NCBI GenBank assembly: GCA_944325295.1
Contig: CALUZL010000143.1
Span: 1 to 26,725 of the forward strand
Length of the DNA: 26,725 nucleotides
Direction of reading: 5' to 3'
Source of the DNA: an uncultured Erysipelotrichaceae bacterium
Lineage (GTDB): Bacteria; Bacillota_I; Bacilli_A; Erysipelotrichales; Erysipelotrichaceae
Shown here: piece after piece, positions 17,956-24,768 of the stretch
Layout of the letters: each line of letters opens with the position of its first letter
How positions within the stretch are numbered: position 1 is the first letter of the stretch
Notes under the pieces: generated by a model
Databases searched by the model: none
Told to the model about the DNA's origin: nothing
Seen by the model: only the letters and a program-made list of their open reading frames with translations
Program-made: the position numbers and the translations under genes

Positions 17956-18057
17956 ATATACAACAAAAGATACACCCACACGGTAGTTTAAAGGTGTACC
18001 CTAAATCCACGATAGTTTAAATTTCCGTTTTTAACCGGGGTTAATAAGATCTAAAAA

Positions 18058-18089
18058 TTGACAATCAGTTTATAAATGATAATAATATA
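18058..18089 (+). promoter_or_regulatory. Sigma-A promoter for a short non-coding RNA
   Basis: Perfect TTGACA at 18058-18063, with an AATAAT/TAATAT -10-like box 17-19 nt downstream. Confidence 0.6.
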
Positions 18090-18147
18090 GATGTGGGATG
18101 TGATGACGTATCACATCAGAAAAGAGGAGCTGGTGACTCCTCTTTTA
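18090..18147 (+). ncRNA. Candidate antitoxin antisense RNA (about 57 nt, RNA II-like)
   Basis: Lies between the promoter and a terminator. Contains an 8-bp hairpin (18097-18117) and a 15-nt segment complementary to the region just upstream of the small hydrophobic ORF on the opposite strand. Ends are estimated. Confidence 0.6.
18120..18146. terminator. Bidirectional intrinsic terminator
   Basis: AAAAGAGGAG-CTGGTGA-CTCCTCTTTT, a 10-bp perfect stem with a T-tract on each strand. Confidence 0.88.
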
Positions 18148-18196
18148 TTTAGCACTGCCATCAAAATTTTAGCTACTTCCTAGATAATTCTAAGAA

Positions 18197-18268
18197 TTAG
18201 TCTTTTTTATTTATCTCACGGACTATGAGATATAGATAGATCAATTGAATAATGATCTCTACATTCAT
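18197..18268 (-). CDS. Small hydrophobic peptide, candidate type I toxin (MNVEIIIQLIYLYLIVREINKKD, 23 aa)
   Basis: One TM-like segment with a charged tail. Sits inside a predicted ~205-nt transcript ending at the bidirectional terminator. Has no SD of its own. Confidence 0.5.
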   Translation of the reverse strand: MNVEIIIQLIYLYLIVREINKKD

Positions 18269-18308
18269 AAAGTGGGATGTGATGACAGTGCATGGATGTA
18301 TTATTCAT
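18216..18308 (-). CDS. 30-aa leader ORF (MNNTSMHCHHIPLYECRDHYSIDLSISHSP) overlapping the candidate toxin in another frame
   Basis: GGAGGT (18316-18321) lies 7 nt before ATG 18308. A perfect TATAAT (18328-18333) is just upstream. Confidence 0.4.
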   Translation of the reverse strand: MNNTSMHCHHIPLYECRDHYSIDLSISHSP

Positions 18309-18401
18309 GACTAATACCTCCGAATAAATTATACAATATATGTAAGTTTTGCTTAAAGTTAAGATAACTTACACAATTTTCTTGACAATACCGACAATAC
18401 C

Positions 18402-18440
18402 AAAAAGGGTGCGGTATGTCTTTTAGACATTTGCACCCTT
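18402..18440 (-). terminator. Intrinsic terminator after the PepSY operon
   Basis: AAGGGTGC/GCACCCTT outer stem plus ATGTC/GACAT inner stem, ending in a T5 run on the minus strand. Confidence 0.75.
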
Positions 18441-18445
18441 GATTT

Positions 18446-18712
18446 CTATTCTTTGCTCTTAGCTTTTTTGCGTTTTGGTGAAAGTGTTTTATCTTCTGCT
18501 TCCTCATCTTTTTGTGCGGGTTCTTGAGCGGTCTTGACACTTACTTCACTCAGTTTCTTCATAGCTTCTTCTTGTTTATAAAGTCTTTCATCTACCCTTA
18601 AGAAAGCTTTTTCAAATACTCTGGTTTGATATAAAATAGCCGCAAAGACCAAGATCAGTACTAAGGCCATAAAGACATCACTTTCAAATATATCTTCTAA
18701 TAACTCAAACAT
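18446..18712 (-). CDS. Small single-TM hypothetical protein
   Basis: 88 aa, one TM and a charged tail. Starts 3 nt after the PepSY gene stop. Confidence 0.65.
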   Translation of the reverse strand: MFELLEDIFESDVFMALVLILVFAAILYQTRVFEKAFLRVDERLYKQEEAMKKLSEVSVKTAQEPAQKDEEAEDKTLSPKRKKAKSKE

Positions 18713-18715
18713 ATC

Positions 18716-19597
18716 TTACTTCCTCCAGGATTCAACACTCCACTCTAAGACGTTGCCGCTTTGCGCATCGATCTCAAATTCGTACTCCATACCATCATAG
18801 TAGATCTCACCCTCATAGATCATATACCCGTCGTCGCGATCGAGCTGGATTCGGATATCGTCTGTCGTTGCGCCGTTTACTTTGCCAAGAGCGATACTTT
18901 TGGCTTCATCGATACTGATGATGTCGCTTGTGGTATTATTTGTATTTTGTGATTGATAGTAGTGCTCGGCATCGTGATCTTTAGAGATGATCTTGCCATC
19001 GGCGACCTTGATCTCATAGTCATATTCAACGCCATTTGCGTAAAACTCAACATCCCAGACCTCTGAACCGTCATCATAATCTTTCTTTGCCCACATGAAG
19101 CTTGTGTCAGCCTCACTTACATCGGCATCCACAAGGGCGATCTCTTTAGCTTTAGCCTCATCTATAGATACAGTTTGAAAGTCGCTTGTACTTTGAGCGG
19201 GCTTCGTTGATGATTCGCCTTTGGATCCATCTTTGACTGTCGAATTGTCTTTCGAGTCGGAAGTCATATCTTTTGTGGTGTTATCGACAAGTGTATCTCT
19301 TTTGATCAAAGAACTGTCAGTGACTTCACCGTTTTTGTTTATGCTGTAGGTGTAATCGTAGTCATCATCGCTGAAAGTTACTGTATAGTGGTTGCCGTTA
19401 TCGCTTATGGCCAGTGAGCGCAAGCGATCTTTATCAACCGCTGCTTCTTTTAAAGCTATCTTTTTAGCATCGCCCTGATCGATACTCCCTCTATTAGTAT
19501 TGGCATCGACCGCAAAGGCTATTGCTACGACAACGCCAAGGCCAATGATGACGCCCATGGCTGTCTTTACCGTTTGTGATCTCAATAAACTTTTCAT
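18716..19597 (-). CDS. Membrane-anchored PepSY-domain protein (three PepSY repeats)
   Basis: N-terminal TM. Three 'I....AK.IAL' repeats, two of them followed by (W/Y)(D/E).E and YEF/YEI.A..G.(I/V) segments. AGGAGG RBS. Confidence 0.88.
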   Translation of the reverse strand: MKSLLRSQTVKTAMGVIIGLGVVVAIAFAVDANTNRGSIDQGDAKKIALKEAAVDKDRLRSLAISDNGNHYTVTFSDDDYDYTYSINKNGEVTDSSLIKRDTLVDNTTKDMTSDSKDNSTVKDGSKGESSTKPAQSTSDFQTVSIDEAKAKEIALVDADVSEADTSFMWAKKDYDDGSEVWDVEFYANGVEYDYEIKVADGKIISKDHDAEHYYQSQNTNNTTSDIISIDEAKSIALGKVNGATTDDIRIQLDRDDGYMIYEGEIYYDGMEYEFEIDAQSGNVLEWSVESWRK

Positions 19598-19621
19598 ATA
19601 TTCCTCCTTGTTTATGGCATC

Positions 19622-19655
19622 AGTTTAAACGACAAAGATTAAAGTAAGATTAAAG
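19622..19655 (-). promoter_or_regulatory. OmpR-family-like tandem repeat upstream of the PepSY gene
   Basis: AAGATTAAAG at 19635-19644 and 19646-19655 (11-bp period), next to a weak -10 TAAACT (19622-19627). Confidence 0.6.
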
Positions 19656-19733
19656 AGCCCATTTTTTCAAAAAAATATGTTTTGTCTTCAAATAATCGAA
19701 AGACATCAGCCCTTGCAGATCCAAAACAGTAAT

Positions 19734-19777
19734 AAAGGACAAATGTCCTTTTGTCATCGCAAGTCATTTGTCCTTTT
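19734..19777. terminator. Inverted-repeat element after nagA, probable terminator
   Basis: 12-bp inverted repeat AAAGGACAAATG (19734-19745) / CATTTGTCCTTT (19765-19776). Confidence 0.55.
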
Positions 19778-19812
19778 GAATAATTATTCTTATTGTTTTT
19801 AAGCGAAGAGGC

Positions 19813-20952
19813 TTACAGTCGGGCGCTGCCTTTTGTGTAAGTTTGAACTACTTCGTAGTCGTCGGCTAAAACGACGATATCGGCATCATAACCGGCGACC
19901 AGTTTCCCCTTGCGATCATCGATACCTAAAAGACGAGCCGGGTTTAGGGTGCAGGAATTGATCGCATAGTCCCAAGGGACTAAAGCTTTTTCTACCAATA
20001 CCTCAAGACCTTTGTTTACCCTGAGCGTCGATCCGGCAAGGTTTCCGGCTTCGACCAAATGCGCACTGCCATCTTCAAAAAGTTCGATCTCCTGACCACC
20101 GAAAAGGACTTTTGTGCCCACCGGCAGACCTTTGACCATCAAAGAATCAGTGATCATGACGGCATAGTCACGACCCTTGCTCATGAAGTAGTTGTTTAAA
20201 GCTTCCGGTGTCGAGTGGTTGCCATCGCAAATGATCTCACCAAAGACATCCCTTAGACGATACGCTGCTCCGACAAGGCCATTCTTGCGATGATTAAACG
20301 GCGTCATGCCATTGTAGACATGAGTCATCGATCTTGCGCCGTTGGCGATCGCCATGCTGGCTTGCTCATAGGTGGCACCGCTGTGACCGATCGAGACGAC
20401 GACACCGTTTTGTGAAAGATACCTTACAAGCTTAAAGTCGTCATCGGTCTCTGTAGCCATCGTGATGATCTTGATATTGCCATGGGCAGCATTTTGAAAC
20501 CTCTCAAACTGCTCGATCGTTCCCTTGACGATACACTCTTCAGGCTGTGCTCCCTTATAGACCATATCGAGATAGGGTCCTTCAAAATGGATACCCAATA
20601 TCTCAGCTCCTTCATAGCCCTCTTCTTTGACCTTGGCGACATTGGCTACGGCCTTAGTGAGGACTTCTTCGGTCTGCGTGATCGTTGTCGGCAAAAAACC
20701 GCAGACGCCATCTTTGACGATATTCTTCGTCCAGTTTCTAAGACCTTCTTCATTTGCATCGTTGGTGTCAAAACCATAGGCACCATGCGTATGGACATCG
20801 ATAAAGCCCGGCACGATCCTCAGATCGCCATAATCTTTATCTACCGGTCTTTCGCCATATTCGTAGATTCTTCTTATCTTACCATCTTCGATCTCGATCT
20901 GAGCTTTCAAAAATTGCCCGACGACCCAGACGCGTGTACTTTGAATGATCAT
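19813..20952 (-). CDS. nagA: N-acetylglucosamine-6-phosphate deacetylase
   Basis: DVHTHG, EGPY, GHSGAT, THVYNGM and LAGS motifs. True start ATG 20952 overlaps the nagB stop (TAATG). 379 aa. Confidence 0.95.
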   Translation of the reverse strand: MIIQSTRVWVVGQFLKAQIEIEDGKIRRIYEYGERPVDKDYGDLRIVPGFIDVHTHGAYGFDTNDANEEGLRNWTKNIVKDGVCGFLPTTITQTEEVLTKAVANVAKVKEEGYEGAEILGIHFEGPYLDMVYKGAQPEECIVKGTIEQFERFQNAAHGNIKIITMATETDDDFKLVRYLSQNGVVVSIGHSGATYEQASMAIANGARSMTHVYNGMTPFNHRKNGLVGAAYRLRDVFGEIICDGNHSTPEALNNYFMSKGRDYAVMITDSLMVKGLPVGTKVLFGGQEIELFEDGSAHLVEAGNLAGSTLRVNKGLEVLVEKALVPWDYAINSCTLNPARLLGIDDRKGKLVAGYDADIVVLADDYEVVQTYTKGSARL

Positions 20953-21695
20953 TATCTTACCTCGTAATCTTCTGGCTCTAAAAGCGAAGCAGCTTCGGTA
21001 TCGACCACGACGGTGACTGATGGGTGTTTTTGTAAGATCGAAGCCGGACACTTCTCGCTGATCGGACCCTTGATCATATCGTGGATCGCCTGTGCTTTAT
21101 TCTTGCCATTTGCCACAAGCAGGATATTTTTGGCTTTCATGATGTTGGCCGGACCCATCGTTATAGCTTCATGCGGCACTTCTTCTCCAAGCGGATCAAA
21201 GAAACGGGCATTATCGGTGCGGGTTTGCTCTGTGAGTTCAGTGACATGAGTCGTCTGACTAAAGGGTGTATCCGGCTCATTAAAGCCGATATGACCATCA
21301 GAACCGATACCCAATACCTGAATATCGACGACCATCTTTTCCATGGCTTCATCGTAATCCTTAGCATTTTTAGCTAAATCGCCAAGACCGCTTGGAATAT
21401 GGATGTGGTCCTCAGGAATATCGATGTGATCGAAAAGCTGCTTGTGCATGAAAGTGTAGTAACTTTCACTGTGCTCAAGCGGCAGACCGACATATTCATC
21501 AAGGTTAAAAGTATAGATGCCCTTATAGCTGGTGCCGTTTTCCGTGTGATCTTTGATCATGCGCTTATAAAGACCGATCGGACTTGAACCGGTAGCCAGA
21601 CCTAAGACACTGCCCTCTTTCAGATAAGGCTTCATGACTTCGAAAGCGACATCGCTGACGCCGTCATAATCCTTCGTACAAATTACTCTAAACAT
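20952..21695 (-). CDS. nagB: Glucosamine-6-phosphate deaminase
   Basis: LGLATGSSP, FNLDEYVGL, LGIGSDGHIGFNEP and CPASILQ motifs. Confidence 0.97.
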   Translation of the reverse strand: MFRVICTKDYDGVSDVAFEVMKPYLKEGSVLGLATGSSPIGLYKRMIKDHTENGTSYKGIYTFNLDEYVGLPLEHSESYYTFMHKQLFDHIDIPEDHIHIPSGLGDLAKNAKDYDEAMEKMVVDIQVLGIGSDGHIGFNEPDTPFSQTTHVTELTEQTRTDNARFFDPLGEEVPHEAITMGPANIMKAKNILLVANGKNKAQAIHDMIKGPISEKCPASILQKHPSVTVVVDTEAASLLEPEDYEVR

Positions 21696-21742
21696 TCATT
21701 ACCTCCCAATAGATATCAATCTATTACCATCATAACCCTTTT

Positions 21743-21766
21743 TAGCGCTTTTTAAAAGCGCTATCA
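21743..21766. promoter_or_regulatory. Palindromic operator upstream of nagB
   Basis: TAGCGCTTTT-T-AAAAGCGCTA (21743-21763). The minus-strand TGATAGCGCTTTTA is cre/LacI-like. It lies over the -35 position of a TATGAT box at 21729-21734. Confidence 0.6.
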
Positions 21767-21824
21767 CCTACATTGTGATGATAGTGATCATCTGTTTTTG
21801 CAAGTTTACTTTTTTTGGCTCATT

Positions 21825-21848
21825 AAAAAAGGAGATCTTATGATCCCC
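21825..21848 (-). terminator. Intrinsic terminator after the MATE gene
   Basis: Minus strand GGGGATC-ATAA-GATCTCC-TTTTTT. Confidence 0.75.
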
Positions 21849-21854
21849 ATTATG

Positions 21855-23198
21855 TTATGCCGTCTTTAATTTCTTTGGCGCATAGTACAGATAATAGTAG
21901 ACGATAAAGACCAAAGATGTGACCGACCAGGATATCCCATAGGCCATGAGCACATCGCCCAAAGTACCCTGCGGTACCACAAAGAGGACCCAGATGACTC
22001 GGACACCGACAACACCGATTGCCGTGATCATCGTCGGTACGATACTGTTGCCGACACCGCGAAGACCGCCGGCAATGATCTCAATGGGCGTGTAAGCGAT
22101 CCAGAAAGGTGCGACCACAAAGATGATGCCGGCACCGATACTGATGACGCTCGCATCGCTGTTGAAGATGCCGATAAGACCCGGGGCAAAGATATAGACA
22201 ACGATCAAGATCCCGACCGTTATCGCCATCGATAAGGCCAACCAGCGGTTGAGACCTTTTTTGACCCGGCTTATATTTCGAGCGCCGAAGTTTTGGCCGA
22301 CAAAAGTAGTTATCGCAATGCCTAAAGCTCCGACCGTCTGCCAATAGAGCTGGTCGATCTTGCCATAAGCGGTAAAGGCAGCGATCGAATCGACACCCAG
22401 ACGATTGATGCTGGAATTGATGACAAGATTGCTTATGGAGTAAAGGACCGATTGAATCCCGGCGGGGATACCGATCTTGATGATATCTAAAGTTATATCC
22501 TTATCGATCTTCAACTCTTTAAGTTCTAAGTGCAAGGCATCTTGGCTTTTCATCAAAGAGAGGACGACCAAAGCAGCCGACACCGTTTCCGCGATGACCG
22601 TTGCGACCGCTGCTCCGGCAACACCCATATTGAAAGTGGCGATAAAGACGATGTCAAGGATCGTATTGATGATGCTGGCGACGATCAGATAGTAAAGCGG
22701 ATGCTTGCTGTCGCCAACCGCTCTTAAGATCGCGCAGCCGATATTGTATATGAGTAACGGTATCAGACCGACAAAATAGATATTGGTATAAGAAGTCGAC
22801 ATCCCTAAGATCGAACTTGGCACACCCAGAGCACTCAAAGCCATCTCAGAAGTAAAGATACAGATGATACTGAACACCAGGCCGACAACGATCGAAAGTG
22901 CCAGGGCCGTATGGACTGTCTTAGAGACCTTATTGTAGTCAGAGGAGCCGAAGTATTGTGAGATCAAAACAGTAGCTCCACTTGCTAAACCGACAAAGAA
23001 TCCGACGTAGAGATTGACGTAGGTTCCCGTCGTCCCGCCGACAGCCGCCAGAGCTTCTTTACCCAAGAAATTACCGACGATCAGGGCGTCTACGGTGTTA
23101 TACAATTGTTGAAAAAAAGTTCCAAATAAGATCGGAAAGAAAAACATCAAAAGCGGCTTTATGATCGGACCGCTTGTAATCTTAAGGGAACTACTCAC
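21855..23198 (-). CDS. MATE family efflux transporter
   Basis: FQQLYNTVDALIVGNFLGKEALAAVG, LRAVGDSKHPL and NTILDIVFI motifs. About 12 TM. GTG start. Confidence 0.95.
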   Translation of the reverse strand: MSSSLKITSGPIIKPLLMFFFPILFGTFFQQLYNTVDALIVGNFLGKEALAAVGGTTGTYVNLYVGFFVGLASGATVLISQYFGSSDYNKVSKTVHTALALSIVVGLVFSIICIFTSEMALSALGVPSSILGMSTSYTNIYFVGLIPLLIYNIGCAILRAVGDSKHPLYYLIVASIINTILDIVFIATFNMGVAGAAVATVIAETVSAALVVLSLMKSQDALHLELKELKIDKDITLDIIKIGIPAGIQSVLYSISNLVINSSINRLGVDSIAAFTAYGKIDQLYWQTVGALGIAITTFVGQNFGARNISRVKKGLNRWLALSMAITVGILIVVYIFAPGLIGIFNSDASVISIGAGIIFVVAPFWIAYTPIEIIAGGLRGVGNSIVPTMITAIGVVGVRVIWVLFVVPQGTLGDVLMAYGISWSVTSLVFIVYYYLYYAPKKLKTA

Positions 23199-23239
23199 GT
23201 CTTAGAATTATAAACAACCCTTTGATAAAATCAAGACGG

Positions 23240-23971
23240 TTAATAATAAATTTTCATTAAATACAGTCCGCAGGCATCGATGTTGTACCTTTTGGTATCT
23301 TTAGAGGGCTCTGCAAGCATTTTTTGCACCTCTTGGATCGTCTTTTGCCCACGACCGACATCGATCAGTGTCCCGACGATCATCCGGACCATATGTCTCA
23401 AAAACCCGTCACCTTTGATATCGATGAGCAATAGATCATCGCGCTTTTCGATATCAAGATTAAAGATCGTTCGCACCTGATCGCTTTTCACTTCAAGCGG
23501 GGTCGTATTAAATGAGCTGAAATCATGACGTCCGACAAATAACTTGGCCACTGCTATCATCTTTTCGAGGTCGAGATCATAAAAACACTGATAGGCAAAA
23601 CCGTCTAAAAACGGTGAATACTCACCGGTATTGATGATGTAGCGATAGTACTTGCCCTTACAGTTGTAGCGGCAGTGAAAATCAGAAGCTGTGACTTCGG
23701 CTTTATTAATATGGATGTCTTTGGGCAAAAGGGCATTGAGACTTCCTTTTAAGCGGTAGGGATCGATGTCCTTTTGGGCATCGAAGTGGAATACCTGATC
23801 TAAAGCGTGGACTTTACTGTCAGTCCGTGAAGCCATGATGATCTTTATCTTTTCCTTAAAAATGACCTCAAGCTGCTCTTGGATCACATCCTGGATCGCC
23901 AGTCCATTGATCTGGCTTTGAAAACCGACGTAGTTATTGCCTCTATAGGCGACATGACAGAGATATCTCAT
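23240..23971 (-). CDS. truA: tRNA pseudouridine(38-40) synthase
   Basis: ASRTDSKVHA catalytic Asp motif, HCRY and FLRHMVRMIVG. Confidence 0.96.
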   Translation of the reverse strand: MRYLCHVAYRGNNYVGFQSQINGLAIQDVIQEQLEVIFKEKIKIIMASRTDSKVHALDQVFHFDAQKDIDPYRLKGSLNALLPKDIHINKAEVTASDFHCRYNCKGKYYRYIINTGEYSPFLDGFAYQCFYDLDLEKMIAVAKLFVGRHDFSSFNTTPLEVKSDQVRTIFNLDIEKRDDLLLIDIKGDGFLRHMVRMIVGTLIDVGRGQKTIQEVQKMLAEPSKDTKRYNIDACGLYLMKIYY

Positions 23972-24768
23972 AAGAAAAGCGCTAAAGCGATCATGGCCAA
24001 AAGTATTAAAATCGCCCCGACAAGCAAGATGTAGTCACGCCTTACATAGTGCAAGCGCCGATATCTCGTCCTTTGGGCATCGGGAACATAGCCTCTGGCT
24101 TCCATGGCATTGGCCAATTCATCAGCTCTTTGCAAGGACACCGAAAAAAGCGGAACGACCAAAGAGACGACCGCAGTGATCTTTTCTTTGAGTTTGCCCT
24201 CTTCAAAATCGACACCTCTTGATTTTTGCGAGTTCATGATCCGAATGGTCTCTTCGATGATCGTCGGGATAAATCGCAAAGCGATCGAGATCATCATCGC
24301 GATCTCATGGGCCGGGACCCCGATCCTTTTAAACGGCCCCAAAAGATACTCGATGCCCAAAGTCAGATCGAGCGGTTTTGTCATCATGGTCAAGATCGTA
24401 GTGAGCATGATCATCAAAAACAGCCGGATGATGATGTAAAGCGTATTGAAGATCGCATCGGCATAGATCTTTACAAAGCCGATATCGACCAGTAGCTGGC
24501 CCTGTTTCACACTCAAAATATTGACCACAAGCAAAAAACACATCATGAAGATCAGAGGTCTAAAGGCCCTGATGATGACTTTGAATTTGATCTTGGAAAC
24601 TTTGACGACAAAAGATATCGCTAAAGCTAATACGACATAACCTGTCCAGCCGGCCGGGATGAATATCGCCACCAGCATCACAAGCATCGCCAAGATCTTG
24701 GCACGCGGGTCAAGGCGATGGATCGGTGTATCAAGCGGGATGTATTTACCAAAGACGATATTATTCAT
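23968..24768 (-). CDS. ecfT: ECF transporter transmembrane component T
   Basis: HRLDPRAK, ALRFIPT, SQKSRG and AMEARGY motifs. GGAGGT before ATG 24768. Confidence 0.95.
   Translation of the reverse strand: MNNIVFGKYIPLDTPIHRLDPRAKILAMLVMLVAIFIPAGWTGYVVLALAISFVVKVSKIKFKVIIRAFRPLIFMMCFLLVVNILSVKQGQLLVDIGFVKIYADAIFNTLYIIIRLFLMIMLTTILTMMTKPLDLTLGIEYLLGPFKRIGVPAHEIAMMISIALRFIPTIIEETIRIMNSQKSRGVDFEEGKLKEKITAVVSLVVPLFSVSLQRADELANAMEARGYVPDAQRTRYRRLHYVRRDYILLVGAILILLAMIALALFL

Larger units (their letters stand above)
18093..18286. repeat. 15-bp perfect direct repeat GTGGGATGTGATGAC
   Basis: Copies at 18093-18107 and 18272-18286. Confidence 0.95.

Noticed and set aside
18175-18202. dif/Xer site (ACTTCCTAGAT resembles the Bacillus dif left arm)
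   Set aside because: The right arm does not match TTATGTAAACT. A second partial match at 18338-18348 has no left arm.
17979-18286. CRISPR array or mini-array
   Set aside because: Repeats are only 14-15 bp, occur in pairs with unrelated spacing, and there are no cas genes.
18384-18401. Tandem GACAATACC x2 and a TTGACA at 18382 on the plus strand
   Set aside because: No matching -10 or downstream ORF before the terminator; too short to interpret.
18301-18540. 79-aa minus-strand ORF in the track
   Set aside because: Overlaps the 88-aa gene in another frame, runs through a terminator and a promoter, and has no RBS.
19813-21051. N-terminal extensions in the ORF track (nagA 21051, ecfT 24819, serine hydrolase 5864, IID 10827, ecfA1 26436)
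   Set aside because: They overlap upstream genes or promoters. Downstream ATGs have an RBS, stop-start coupling or family-typical N-termini.
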